Shown: in pieces, positions 13,671 through 28,192 of the stretch | Layout of the letters: each line of letters begins with the position of its first letter | Numbering within the stretch: position 1 is the first letter of the stretch | Source: Eledone cirrhosa | Lineage: Eukaryota | NCBI GenBank assembly: GCA_964016885.1 | Contig: OZ024758.1 | Location: 22,940,001 to 23,004,000 of the forward strand | Reading direction: 5' to 3' | DNA length: 64,000 bases | Notes under the pieces: generated by a model | What the model was told of the DNA's origin: nothing | What the model saw: only the letters and a program-made list of their open reading frames with translations | The model's database searches: none | Made by a program: the position numbers and the translations under genes

Positions 13671-14192
13671 TGAAGAGTTACCGGTTTCTATGTATTGTTA
13701 AAATCCATCTTATCAAATGTTGAGTATAGAAATAAAAATTAAAAAGAATTTATAGGAGTTAAAAACTAAAGATTTAAAATTAAAATGAAATGCTGGAGTA
13801 AATTTTCTTCCATCCTTCTTGCTCAAAATTTGTTATACTTGGGGAGGGTCATATTGTTGTAATCATATTGCCAGAAATAATAACAGAACACACTCACTGT
13901 TTGGTTGGTTTTCGCTTCTGTATCTTTTATATCTCCATAGCTAATTTATTTGGCAATCAATGTTTATCATTGATTGACCAACAGTTAAAAAATACAGATA
14001 TAACTATATATATATATATATAGTCTATCAAAGTTCTTTCGTTGCACATCTGCAGCATCATCAGTGTTACTATTATGTCCCCTCCTATTGTATTGTATTG
14101 TAATGTCTACGCCATTTTTAATATAACAATATTTGTTTCGACACACGATTTCATATAAAAAACCTTGCAAAACAAATATATATATATATATA

Positions 14193-14388
14193 TAACGAAG
14201 GAAATGTGGTAAGGAACCAAGTGGACCATAACGCACCAAAGTACTCAATACTTAGGGTAGTAGAGTGGGTAATAGGAACGAGTAGGACCCCGACGGCTGA
14301 GCTCAAGCCGTTTCGACGGCTAATTCTGTAGTCCAGAATTAGCCGTAGAAACGGCTTGAGCTCACCCGTCGGGGTCCTACTCGTTCCT
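14193..14388. mobile_element. Family B fold-back element
   Basis: Homologous to 5649-5835. Confidence 0.75.
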
Positions 14389-14431
14389 ATATATATATAC
14401 AATTATGTCACTATTTATAAAACAAATTTTG

Positions 14432-14496
14432 TATTTTATCTGATGAAAGCGCACCAAGACTGCCTTGGTTGCCCTTGAAATATATATAATAAAATA
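14432..14496 (+). ncRNA. Minimal type-I hammerhead, family A
   Basis: tattttat-CTGATGA-aagcgcaccaag-actgc-cttggttgccctt-GAAA-tatata-TA-ataaaata. Helix I is a perfect 8 bp. Confidence 0.8.
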
Positions 14497-14625
14497 ATTA
14501 TGGTTTTATAAATATAGTTTCCATTTATAAATATATTGAATATTTACTCCAGTAACCTATTGAGTGCTCTATATCAGTTATACACTCTTAAGTTTGTTGG
14601 AACCCAACAAATTAAATATAACTTT

Positions 14626-14714
<89 letters not shown>

Positions 14715-14811
14715 TCTCCATCGAGTGCTAAGCTGCATTCCGAATCTGCATTCGTTAGCTTGGCTGCAGCCAAAAGCTTCGTTGATGCTGTACTAAAATT
14801 TGTATATATAT

Positions 14812-14891
<80 letters not shown>

Positions 14892-15654
14892 CTTATCGAG
14901 CCCTCTTCGAATTTTAGTCTTCACGTTTGTTATTATTATATGTGTGTGCGTGTATGCGTGTGTGCGTGTGCGTGTGTGTGTGTGTGGTTTTCGAAATGTG
15001 AGTTTACCAATTATTGGGGTGGTCAAGTATGAAATTTGTAGAAATTTGTTTCTTTTTCTATAAATTTCATACTTGACGACCCAATAAAAACCAAAATGCG
15101 TTAAGCGTTCTCAGCTTAAGAATCCTTGATATAATATACGCCCCCCCCCCCCCCACATATATATATATATATATATACACTCTCAGCAAGTGAGAAAGTC
15201 AGGTAAACGAGTACAGTTATACGAGTCTCGTTGAGCACGTACAAACCTTTAGCTCAATTCCCTACGTTGAGAAAAAACTGTTAACATTTAAGCTTAAAGA
15301 GTGTGTAAAACACAAACAAACATTCATTGCAAAACTGGAAATGTCTCCGTTGCACAACAACCGAGCATGATTTAATCAAAGAAATATATTGTATACGTCG
15401 TTCTTTTCCGTACTTAAGATAAATCGATGCGTATGGCTCACGTGTTTCTCTGATAATGGTTGTGGACAACAATAAACTGCATCCACGCATCAATCACTCT
15501 TAAATGTCCTCAGAAAGAGGATGACCTTTGTCAGATTATTACTGTTACATATTGTTATACTTGTGGAGAGTCATGTTGCCCTAATCGTTTTTTTTTGGCG
15601 AAAAACAAAATAAAACCAAACAGTGAGTGTGTTTTATTATTATTATTATTATTA

Positions 15655-16335
15655 TTACCAGTAATGCACTGGGTAATTGCTGGCCTTGTGCCTAAAGTAG
15701 AAACAATTATTATTATTATTATTATTAACTTTGCCTTTCATCCTTACGGGGTCGATAAAATAAAGTACCAGTAATGTACTGAGTAATTGCTGGCCGTGTG
15801 CCTAAAATAGAAACAATTATTATTATTATTATTAACTTTGCCTTTCATCCTTACGGGGTTGATAAAATAAAGTACCAGTAATGTACTGAGTAATTGCTGG
15901 CCTTGTGCCTAAAATAGAAACAATTATTATTATTATTATTATTATAAGGATCGGATTGGCAGTATCGGAAGAGGGTCGGACGCCATGCTTTGCAGCATAG
16001 AGTTACGGCCCTTTATTTTCAGAGTTCAAATCGCGTCGAGGTTAACTTTGCCTTTCATCCTTACGGGGTCGATAAAATAAAGTACCAGTAATACACTGGG
16101 ATAATTGCTGGCCTTGTGCCTAACTAAAGTAGAAACAATTATCATCTGAGTGGATTGGCAGTGTCGGTAGAGGGTCGGACGCCATGCTTTGCAGCATACA
16201 GTTACAGCCCTTTATGATCTGAGTTCAAATCCCGCCGAGGTTAACTTTGCCTTTCATCCTTACGGGGTCGTTAAAATAAAGTACCAGTGCATTACTGTGA
16301 TAATTGCTGGCCTTGTGCCAAATGTAGAAACAATT
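15655..16335 (+). mobile_element. Tandem tRNA-SINE copies and 3' fragments separated by (ATT)n
   Basis: Repeated aactttgcctttcatccttacggggtcgataaaataaagtaccag units. Confidence 0.85.
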
Positions 16336-16475
16336 ATTAACAGTGTTAAACTAGTAACGTAAAGCATACTAACCAGTTCTCTTCTTTAGCAGTTATTTCA
16401 ACTACCTTTCTATATTGTCTATATTATATTTTCTTTTCTTGCTCGGGGTCTCTTGCCGATTGATTTTTGCCAGGA

Positions 16476-17300
16476 AAATCTGTCCAGCAATTCTTTCCCG
16501 AGACATCCTAAACACATGGCCATAGTATCGGAGCTGTAATCTCTCAATTCGGAGAAGTAGCAGCTCTACCTAGAGTGACTCTCTGATCTCCGAGCTACAA
16601 ATCTGTCCAGCGATTCTTTCCCGAGACATCCTAAACACATGGCCATAGTATCGGAGCTGTAATCTCTCAATTCGGAGAAGTAGCAGCTCTACCTAGAGTG
16701 ACTCTCTGATCTCCGAGCTACAAATCTGTCCAGCGATTCTTTCCCGAGACATCCTAAACACATCCCCATAGTATCGGAGCTGTAATCTTTCAATTCGGAG
16801 AAGTAGCAGCTCTACCTAGAGTGACTCCCTGATCTCCGAACTACAAATCTGTCCAGCGATTCTTTCCCGAGACATCCTAAACACATCCCCATAGTATCGG
16901 AGCTGTAATCTTTCAATTCGGAGAAGTAGCAGCTCTACCTAGAGTGACTCCCTGATCTCCGAACTACAAATCTGTCCAGCGATTCTTTCCCGAGACATCC
17001 TAAACACATCCCCATAGTATCGGAGCTGTGATCTCTCAATTTGGAGAAGTAGCAGCTCTACCTAGAGTGACTCTCTGATCTCCGAGCTACAAATCTGTCC
17101 AGCGATTCTTTCCCGAGACATCCTAAACACATCCCCATAGTATCGGAGCTCTGGTCTCTCAATTCAGAGAAGTAGCAGCTCTACCTGGAGTGACTCTCTG
17201 ATCTCCGAGCTACAAATCTGTCCAGCGATTCTTTCCTGAGACTTTCTAACCTCATGCCCATAGTATCTGAGCTGTGATCTCTCAATTCGGAGAAGTTGGC
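16476..17300 (-). repeat. 123-bp tandem array (about 6.7 units) derived from an RTE LINE ORF C-terminus
   Basis: Unit starts at 16476, 16599, 16722, 16845 and so on. Minus translation SSEIRESL*VELLLLRIERLQLRYYGHVFRMSRERIAGQIC. Confidence 0.85.
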
Positions 17301-17624
17301 TGGTCACGCTTGGGGATCCAACCGGATCAGTTGGAAACAGTTGTTTATGATAGGGCCCGTTTGAGGGAGTATTTGAGGACTCTGTCCCCACGACCCTCTC
17401 AAGAATAAGTGGACGATAAAGAAGAAGGAAAAGGTAGAAATTTTTCTTTTTGAATTCTATTTTATTAATCCCAGAAGGATGAAATGCAGGGCTGTCCTCG
17501 ACGGAATTTGAACTCAGAATGTAAAAAAAATTAACTAAATACTGCAGCTATTTGGACAACCCGCCACTTATAAGGATTTCGTTTTAACCGAACATAAAGA
17601 AATGGGAGTGTGTGACATTCATAC

Positions 17625-17672
17625 CTCTTCAGGTGAATTAGTTATATGGATGAGAAAAGAAACACCGTTAGT
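17625..17672 (-). CDS. Candidate 48-nt micro-exon (TNGVSFLIHITNSPEE)
   Basis: Acceptor ttccatttcag and donor GAG|gtatga. Open in frame 0. Confidence 0.3.
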
Positions 17673-18941
17673 CTGAAATGGAAAGCAACTAACAAACTCG
17701 GTTTACCGGTATCTTGTCAGTTAAGTGGTGTGTATTTTAAGAGCAATAGAAAGTAAACAGTGGCTTAACATACGCCTTCTTCAGACATAACAAACAATCA
17801 GCTTCCGAGGTAAATATTACAAGTTGGATTGACGTCAGCACTGAAAAAAAAACCATGTCAAAACGACTCAGTAAGGGGACCTCTATGAGGCCACTCATCC
17901 AGCTAGAAATAGCAGCCAAAATATCTTTTTAAAAGTGGAGCATACTGGTCAATATAGTCTGAGATAAAACATGTCTTAAAAGAAGGAATAATCCCCGTCA
18001 GACGGGGGGGGGGGGGGAGTTGACAGGTCTTGAGCAGAGGTAACAAGAACAAGATGGGCAGTTACGTGGGGTCAAGCTAGGACGAGATAGGATGCAACTA
18101 ATTAGATCAGAAGCTTGATAATTGATTGATTTTATATATAAATCAATGAGTTTCATTTTATTTTACAAAGCTGTTTATACAAAAAACAAACAAACACACT
18201 ATTAAAGAGAACAAAAAAGAAAGAAAGAAAAAGGAAATGAAAAGAAAAAGAAAATAAGAATCAAGCAACGAAAGAATATGGAAGCAACAACTCGGGTTAA
18301 ATGTTATTTACAGCCAGCTTATATAATTTCTGGTCTACAGAGTTTACTTACAAATGTAATTTGTCAAAATATAATACACACATCCCAAAACAAATTATAT
18401 TTCAGAGGTGGGTGGAAGCATTTCTGTCTGTCTGTCTGTATGGTCGGGTCGTCGGCGACTAAACCGGCATTCCTACCAAGTTTACTTGGTGAGGACGGTG
18501 ATTTTGGACACCCTGCAGGACAAAAAACAAAACCTGACAAAGGGCGGAAGAACTCACAAGAGTCAACGGCCATCCAAAAGTGTGTAAATATGTATATACG
18601 CATGTACATATGTGTGTATATGTGTATATACATGTGTGCATGTGTATGTATATGCGCGGGGACATAGAAATAGTCGGGCTGAATACCCGATCACGCGGTT
18701 AAACCATTGGGAGTGAAGGACCCCTAGCCTTTGTCAGGGCATTCTTCTAGAAGGCAACTCAGGAAACTGGGATAATTCCGACATAAAACCTGCGGCTCAG
18801 TAGTAACCGGTGTTGTTGATCTTTTCTTCTTTTCGGGTTATAGCTACTGTCGTTCAGAGAGTGGGATTGGCTCAGTGCACAGTCTTTCCTAATTTAAAAA
18901 AAAATCTTCACGTACAGGCATTGCACGATAGAATTAATTAA

Positions 18942-19337
18942 TAATTGTTTCTACTTTAGGCACAAGGCCAGCAATTACCCAGTACAATACTGGTACTTTA
19001 TTTTATCGACCCCGTAAGGATGAAAGGCAACGTTAACCTCGGCGGGATTTGAACTCAGATCATAAAGGGACGTAACTCTATGCTTCAAAACATGGTGTCC
19101 GACTCTCTACCGATACTGCCATTAATTAATTGTTTCTACTTTAGGCACAAGGCCAGCAATTACCCAGTACATTACTGGTACTTTATTTTATCGACCCCGT
19201 GAGGATGAAAGGCAAAGTTAACCTCGGCGGGATTTGAACTCAGATCGTAAAGGGACGTAACTATGCTGGAAAGCATGGCGTCCGACCCTCTACTGATACT
19301 GCCAATACACCGTCCGACTCTCTACCGATACTGCCAT
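18942..19337 (-). mobile_element. Two tandem tRNA-SINE copies
   Basis: Same motifs as the other copies. Confidence 0.85.
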
Positions 19338-19404
19338 TAATTAATAATTATTAATAATAGTATATCGTACAATAGCCATACTCGATAACGAGGGGGCAGC
19401 CATC

Positions 19405-19437
<33 letters not shown>

Positions 19438-19981
19438 TGTATGTTCTTCTGGTTTTATAATTTCACAAATTTTTACCAATAGAGAGTCGGTTTCTAACAT
19501 AGATACAAGACTCTCATTAGAATTTAAACAACATCAACTAGGTAGATATGTAGATATGTATGTATGGCTGCATGCATGTGTATGTATGCAGGTATGGATG
19601 TTATTGTATGAGTGGAGGTATGTTTTGAGTTATATGTGTGTATGTGTATATGATTTGTATGTATGTATGTATGTATGTATGTCATAAACAATCTTAACGT
19701 TCTGTAGATTGATATGAAGAACTGGAAGAGACTGGCTGATGGCTGTACATCATGGAGAATGATCATCAATTATTGATGTGATGTCTTTGAGAAAAAAGCC
19801 AAGTGGAGCATGTTGCTTTGAAGTGTTCACTACGTAGGTGGTACCCAAGTGCAGTGATTGTAAAATTCCAGCAGAAATTGAGATGCAACGTATGTGGTCC
19901 ATTTTATTCTATCAAGAACTGGACTTGTCAACCATCTCAAGTCCAACGAGCCAGAGAGAAATCAAGCCCCTTGTGAGATGG

Positions 19982-20150
<169 letters not shown>

Positions 20151-20567
20151 AATATGAAAACAAACATGCTGCGTGGTTGCAAATGGGTTACATATGAATA
20201 AAGTTAGTCCTTCATCAGTGATCTTCCAACCTTCATTGGTATTTCATCGCTTTAAAGACCATATACCTCCGGTTGGTGCGAGCAACGGCTATAGAAAGTC
20301 GTTGGGACACGTAAATAAGGGGAACGAGCGAGACTGTAAACAAACAAAGATGGTAAAGCAACGAAAAATGAGGAAGAAAGAGTCAAGTCCCAGATTTCCA
20401 TGAATATAAGTTCGGTGAAATCGTGAACGAGAGAGAATAAAGACCATCAAACCCAGTCGAAATGTGAGCAAGGAAGGAATTCCGCACAGGTCAAACGGGA
20501 GGAAGAAGGAGTCTAGTCCCTGAATTCTGTGAAATCGTAGACAAGAGAGAAAAAAGGAACAACCAGC

Positions 20568-20701
<134 letters not shown>

Positions 20702-20904
20702 CTTCCTGCTATATCAAGCGTTAATCTAATATATCCCTTCCATATACTGCACCGATTGTGTTGACATGTTTCTGTTTACCTTTTATATATATACATATAT
20801 ATATATGTGTGTGTGTGTGTGTGTAAAAGGTAAACAGAAATAACAATACAATCGGTAAAGTATATGGAAGGGATATATTAGGTTAACGCTTGATATAGTA
20901 GAAA

Positions 20905-21010
<106 letters not shown>

Positions 21011-21230
21011 TATATAGAACCATCTCACATCACAAGGGGCTTGATTCCTCTCTGGCTCGTTGGACTTGAGATGGTTGACAAGTCCAGTTCTTGATAGAAT
21101 AAAATGGACCACATACGTTGCATCTCAATTTCTGCTGGAGTTTTACAATCACTGCACTTGGATACCACCTATATATATATATATATGGAAAGAATATATT
21201 AGCTTAACGCTTGAAATAGCAGGAAGAGGG

Positions 21231-21266
21231 TCTTAACGTTTCGGACGCTAGTCCTTCATCAGAAGA
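21231..21266 (-). ncRNA. Minimal Penelope-type hammerhead
   Basis: Minus strand: tctt-CTGATGA-a-ggac-tagc-gtcc-GAAA-cg-TT-aaga. The downstream tail recurs as an inverted pair at 20700-20783 and 20825-20907. Confidence 0.75.
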
Positions 21267-21439
21267 AAGAATGAGAAATTAGAAAGATTGAAGGGACGAT
21301 CGAGCTGGACTTGTCAACCATCCGAAGTCACACGAGCCAGAGAGAAATCAAGCCCCTTGTGAGATAGTTCGACCTCCACACTCCCCACACTACAATTGCA
21401 ATAAATGTGGCTAGCAATTTTGTGCTGGTAATATAGCAA

Positions 21440-21486
21440 TGACACATACATGCACACACACATACATACACACACACACACGCACG

Positions 21487-21533
<47 letters not shown>

Positions 21534-21572
21534 ACACGCGCACGCACACGCACACACACACACACACACATA

Positions 21573-21609
<37 letters not shown>

Positions 21610-21700
21610 TACGCGCATGCGCACGCACGTACACGCAAACGCGCACACACACACACGCGCGCACACTCACACACACACACACACATACACACACACACAC

Positions 21701-21785
<85 letters not shown>

Positions 21786-21989
21786 CTCTCTCTCTCTCTC
21801 TCTCTCTCACACACGTACACATACTCACTCACATACACATCTCATGCAGACACACACACACACGCATCTCATTCACTTTCAGACACAGATATCTCACACA
21901 CAAATAGCTCACGCACACACACACACACACACGCACTCACACATACACACTCACACACACACAATCACACACACACACACACACATACA

Positions 21990-22033
<44 letters not shown>

Positions 22034-22202
22034 TCATTCACTCTCATACACACGTACACACACTCACAGACACGCACACACACACACACACACGCGCACG
22101 CACACACACTCACACTCTGACACACACTCACACATACACACTGACACACACACACACTCACACATACATACACTCACTCACACACATACACACACACACA
22201 CA

Positions 22203-22233
<31 letters not shown>

Positions 22234-22659
22234 ATCTCATACACACGTACACACACTCACAGACACACACACACACACACACACACGCATCTCATTCACT
22301 TTCAGACACAGATATCTCACACACACACACACAGATCCCATTCACTCCCCCTCTCTCTCTCTCTCTCTCTCTCTCACAGACACACAGACACACACACTCG
22401 CACATACACACTCGCACATACACACTCACACATACACACTCACACACACACAATCACACACACACATCTCTCTTTCTCACACACACATACACACAATCTC
22501 ATTCACTCTCATACACACGTACACACACTCACAGACACACGCACACACACACATCTTATTCACTTTCAGACACAGATATCTCACACACACATATCTCACA
22601 CACACACACACACACATATCCCATTTATTCTCACATACACACCTCACACACAGATCCCA

Positions 22660-22726
<67 letters not shown>

Positions 22727-22782
22727 TTACACACACATTCACACTTACACACACACACAAACATACACTCACAAATCTCACA

Positions 22783-22829
<47 letters not shown>

Positions 22830-23195
22830 TTACACACACATTCACACTTACACACACTCACAAATCTCTCTCTCTCTCTCACACACATATACAAAACGCA
22901 CACACACTCACACACTTACACACACCGTATCCACGCAGACAAATAAAAATGGTGGGGATAAGGTAAAAGGCAACAAAAATGTCTTCTTTATTCTCCATTA
23001 TTCTGCTGCTCTCTGCCACGTTACTTGCCCGGCAGACATTAACAGTGAAGCTAACACTTGTAACGTCTTCCGACATATTTCAAAACTTCCACTTCTTGGA
23101 TTAAATGGAATGATTGTAAAGTGAAACGGGGTGAATATAAATAGTTACTCTCGTAATAAACTAAAAGTTTCCGACTCTCTCTCTATATATATATG

Positions 23196-23266
<71 letters not shown>

Positions 23267-23339
23267 CTGTCTGTCTCTGTCTATCTTTGTCTATCTCGCC
23301 CTGTCTCTCTCTCTCTCTCTCTGTTTGTCTTCTGCCTGT

Positions 23340-23377
<38 letters not shown>

Positions 23378-23425
23378 CTCTGTTTGTCTTCTGCCTGTGT
23401 CTCTCTCTCTCTGTCTGACTCCCTG

Positions 23426-23472
<47 letters not shown>

Positions 23473-23570
23473 CTGTCTGTCTGTCTGTCTGTCTGTCTTT
23501 GTCTGTCTGTCTCATTCTCTCTCTGTCTCTCTCTTTCTCTCTCTGTCTCTCTCTCTCTCTTTCTTTCTAT
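21440..23570. repeat. Degenerate (CA)n/(CT)n compound array
   Basis: Low-complexity sequence with a recurring catctcattcactttcagacacagatatctc motif. A short unique island lies at about 22925-23175. Confidence 0.9.
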
Positions 23571-23579
23571 GACTGCTGA

Positions 23580-23640
23580 CCCCCCGCCCTTCTTTACACG
23601 TGGTTCTCTAGGCACGTGTTCGCCATATATAAAGCATTCA
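23580..23640 (+). promoter_or_regulatory. Candidate core promoter (GC box, 2 E-boxes, TATA)
   Basis: CCCCGCCC at about 23582, CACGTG at 23597 and 23613, TATATAAAG at 23626. Confidence 0.25.
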
Positions 23641-24188
23641 CTCCAATGCTTGTTAACATAGCATTCTTGTGCATATACAGCGTCTGCTGTATTTGAGACG
23701 CTGCAAACCACGTGATGCTCATTACACCTAGCGTTGCCGACATATTGGCACACATTCAAAGTGGAGAACATTTCTTACTTAAACGAATGACTAATTTGAT
23801 AAATAGATAAACTCTATGCAAATATGTAAATGAAGGGATAAGTAATTAAACTCAGATGTAGACTTTTTTTTTTTTTTTTCACTTCTGGAATAAGAAATAA
23901 ATAATTAAACAGTAACCGCCTTTCCTCCAGCCATCACTACCATCTCGCCTCTCCAACACCAGCAAAAACGGGACTTTCGGACGATGACTCATTTCAAGCT
24001 ATGGTGGGACAAAAGGGATGGAAAATTGAATTTTCTTGTTCAGCCAATATTTATACATACAAAACAAATTTGCAATGAAAATAAAACCACGAATGTTGAT
24101 TTCTTTTGACGAAATACAAATACACGAAGGACTAACAGTTTTTGTTTTGTTTTCGTTATTTTTTATCGGTTATCTGAATAAAGATTAA

Positions 24189-24394
24189 CCTTTTAGCATT
24201 TAAACCGGCCGTATCCGGCCAGAAATGTCTCACGTCTTTCTGTTCAAACCAGACGAAACTGGCCGCTTATACTGATGTTAAGGTATTGTTATCAAAATCT
24301 TATAGATTCGATATTATGTGAGATAATTATGTAAGATAAAGTGTTTACTACAAAAATACAATAGTATATATAGAGTAGTGTGAATGCTTAAGGG
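24189..24394. mobile_element. piggyBac-type MITE
   Basis: TTAA|CCTTTTAGCATT ... AATGCTTAAGGG|TTAA, giving a TTAA TSD and a 12-bp imperfect TIR. Confidence 0.75.
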
Positions 24395-25369
24395 TTAAGA
24401 TAGTTAAGACGCTTTGCTTAAATATTTAATTGCAGGGGGCGTTCCCTTGTATAGGAGAACTAAAATAGTTTCTGATTTAGGCACAGGGCCAACAATTTTT
24501 GTGGAGAGGAAAGTCGATTAACTCGACTCCAGGGCGTTACTGGTACTTTATTTTATCGACTCTATAAGGATGTGAAGCAAAGCTAGCCTCGGCGAGATTT
24601 GAACTCAGAGCGTAAAGGGACGTAACTATAGGCCGCAAAGCATGTTGTCCGTTGCTCTACTAATATTACCAGAATACCACCTTAAGAAGGAAGCTAATGA
24701 TTTCTGATTTAGGCACAGGGCCAACAATTTTAGGGGAAGATAAAGTCGATTAAATCGACCCCAGTACCTTACTGGTACTTTATTTTATCGACCCCGTAAG
24801 GTTGAAAGACAAAGTTAACCTCGACGAGATTTGAACTCAGAGCGTAAAGGGACGTAACTATATGCCACAGTATGTTGACCGACGTTCTACCGATATTACC
24901 AATCCATCGCCCCCAGAAGGAAACTACTATAAGGTATAATCAGACAAAATGTCCCCCCCCCCCACCCCGTATCTATTCTCGTCCCTCCGCCATTTTCTGG
25001 GGTAGATTTCAATCGACTTTCCCCTCCGCTAAGATTGTTGGCCCTGTGCCTAAATCAGAAAGCATTAGTTTCCTTCTTAAGGCGGTGTACTGGTAGTAAC
25101 GGTAGAGCAACGGACAATATTACTTTGCGGCCTATAGTTACGTCCCTTTACGTTCCGAGTTCGAATCTCGTCGAAGTGGGCTTTACTTATTATCCTCACG
25201 GGGTTGATAAAATAAAGTACCAGCAACGCACTGGAGTCGATTTAATCGACTTTATCCGCCCATAAAACTGTTGGCTTTGTTCCAAAATGAGAAACCATTT
25301 TAGTTTCCTTCTACAAGGCAACGTTTCCTGTAACTAATTATTTAAACAAAACGACTTAACTATCTTAAT
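24395..25369. repeat. Old inverted duplication containing SINE copies
   Basis: 24395-24760 is the reverse complement of about 25005-25369, including the non-SINE flank (ttaagatagttaag.cg.tttg.ttaaata). Confidence 0.7.
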
Positions 25370-25754
25370 CTTTACTCAGATAACCCTTGGTTAATCTAGA
25401 TAATATCTATAACAATCCAATGACACTTAGAAACGATAGCAACACGTGATTTGGAACGAAGTAACAGCGATAAACTACGATTCTAAATACAGGGTCTGGG
25501 TAACTGATGGGAGGGGGGCATACATACGTGCACACAAACCACATACATACGTGCACACAACCACATACACACGTGCACACAACCACATACACACGTGCAC
25601 ACAACCACATACACACGTGCACACAACCACATACGTAAATGCACACACTCACACATACATACATGCACACACAACCACATACATACGTGCACACAACCAC
25701 ATATATACATGCAAACAACCACACACATACATGCACGCACGCATATACACATCT

Positions 25755-25885
25755 GCCCCAGTATAAATCTTGAGAAGCTGGGCTTCACAGGAACAGAAAG
25801 AACGCGACTAGTTAAGAAATTACAAGTACAATCCATTAATGGAACAGTAACACTGTGTAAAACATTCCAAATATTCTGCATCTAA
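25755..25885 (+). mobile_element. Possible 3' tip of an RLE-type (R4/Dong-like) LINE
   Basis: NLEKLGFTGTERTRLVKKLQVQSINGTVTLCKTFQIFCI* resembles the LxxLG...Q...GT C-terminus of such elements. Confidence 0.4.
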
Positions 25886-26014
25886 TAACTGCATATACAC
25901 ATGTACAGATACAAAGCATATACACATGCACACATACAACTCAAAACATACACATCGACACGTACAATAACATCCATATCTACACATGCATACATACATT
26001 GATGCATACATACA

Positions 26015-26339
26015 TAGTTGATGTTGTGTAAATTCCAATGAGAGAGTCTTGTGTCTATGTTAGAAACCGACTCTCTCTCTATTGGGAAAAATTTGAGAAA
26101 TTATAAAACCAGAAGAACATACATACATACATAGACTTATATACTACATACATACATGCACACGCATACATGCACACACATACATGCATACATGCATGCA
26201 TATATACATACACGCATGCACTAACACATACATGCATTCATACCAATATGAATCCATGTACCACACATATACATACATACAGGCATGCATACTCACATCT
26301 ACACACATTCATCACACACACACACACGCACACGCACAC

Positions 26340-26410
<71 letters not shown>

Positions 26411-26600
26411 AACATATCTACCTAGTTGATGTTGTGTAAATTCCAATGAGAGAGTCTTGTGTCTATGTTAGAAACCGACTCTCTCTCTATTGGGAAAATA
26501 TTTGTGAAATTATAAAACCAGAAGAACATGCATACAAAGACTTATATACTACATACATACATGCACACGTACGCACACACACACACACATACACACACAT

Positions 26601-26644
<44 letters not shown>

Positions 26645-27595
26645 GTATGCACACACACACATACACACACACACACAAACATATCTACCTAGTTGATGTT
26701 GTTTAAATTCCAATGAGAGAGTCTTGTATCTATGTTAGAAACCAACTCTCTTTCTCTATTGGTAAAAATTTATAAAAGTATAAAACCAGAATAACATAAA
26801 TACATGCACACGCATACCTGCACACACATACAAGCATGCATACATGCATGCATATATACATACACACATGTACTCATACACATGCATTCATACACACATG
26901 CATCCATGCACACACACGTATACATACATACATGCATACACGCATACATACACACAAATATACATACATTCATCACACACATACATATCTACCTAGTTGG
27001 TGTTTTATTTCCAATGAGAGAGTCTTGTATCTATGTTAAAAACCGACTCTCTATCTCTCTACTAGTAAACATTTATAAAATTATAAAACCAGATGAACAT
27101 ACATACATACATACACACAGATATAGACACATTCAACACATACATACATACATGGTAGCTGCCAACTCGTTTTCGAGTACGGCCACTACTTTATATCCAT
27201 GTAGGAGAACCCCCACCGATGCGCTGAACGAGTGTGACTTCTTAGTCCAGCCAGCGACTTGAAAACTCTGGTACAAACACTACACTTGTGACAATTATTG
27301 ACACATAGTGCTGGGTCCATGGTACCATGTGACGACAAGTGCAGAGAGATCTCCAGATATAAAGCAATGCCTGTGCCGTGAAGCTTTTATAGTGAGCAAA
27401 GGCACTGCACAAAGCCAGTCCCACTCTCTTAACCAAGATGATATTTACCAAAAAGAACAAGTCAACATCATTGGATACCATCATACATACATACATACCT
27501 CTCTCTATCTCTCTCTCCAATGAGAGAGTCTTGTATTGGTGTTTAAAACGGACTCTCTCTTTTGGTAAACATTTATAAAATTATAAACCAGAAGA
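26015..27595 (+). repeat. Five copies of a 110-bp module spaced by (CATA)n/(CA)n
   Basis: tagttgatgttg..ttccaatgagagagtcttg...ttataaaaccagaag at about 26015, 26418, 26685, 26990 and 27518. Minus copy at 19443-19545. Confidence 0.8.
27150..27482 (-). mobile_element. Family C RTE-related element, 5'-truncated
   Basis: Reverse complement of 11183-11520. Confidence 0.8.
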
Positions 27596-27613
27596 TACAC
27601 GCATTTCACTTAC

Positions 27614-27684
27614 ATCATAAGCAGCTGCCCCGCAAAAATGCCCGCAGTGTGCCAACCACCTTCTTACGAGACATGACATCGTTT
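27614..27684 (-). CDS. Candidate 71-nt exon (TMSCLVRRWLAHCGHFCGAAAYD)
   Basis: Acceptor ccgccgtttcag and donor GAT|gtaagt. The only open frame ends in phase 0. Confidence 0.3.
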
Positions 27685-28009
27685 CTGAAACGGCGGAATA
27701 GATCATCATGACAGTCACACAAAAGGCACAACAGAAGCTGTGTTCGTCAACACATTTGATATTAAGAACGCTGATGGACATTTCAGTAATCTGGTATAAA
27801 GACATCATAACTGATATTGTTATCTAGTTTTAGGTATAAGGCCAGAAAGCTGTGGAGGTGCGTGGCCTAATGGTAAGGGTGTTAGACTTTAGGAGGTTTC
27901 ATCTCTCCTCTTCAAGATACAGCCTTATAGAGGAAAGATCCCATCCTAGGTTTTTGAGTCGCACATAAATAATAAAGGCTGCCACGAACAGTGTACGACT
28001 TAGCATTAA

Positions 28010-28192
28010 TAATTGTTTCTACTTTTGGCACAAGGCCAGCAATTACCCAGTGCATTACTGGTACTTTATTTTATCGACCCCGTAAGGATGAAAGGAAAAG
28101 TTAACCTCGGCGGGATTTAAACTCAGAATGGCAAGGGCCGTAACTCTATGCGTCAAAGCATGGCGTCCGACCCTCTACCGATACTGCCAATA
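28010..28192 (-). mobile_element. tRNA-SINE
   Basis: Full copy of the dominant family. Confidence 0.85.

Noticed and set aside
23568-23771. Cys-rich start of minus ORF 23145-23771
   Set aside because: It runs into (GA)n, shows no recognisable domain and has no clear splice signals.
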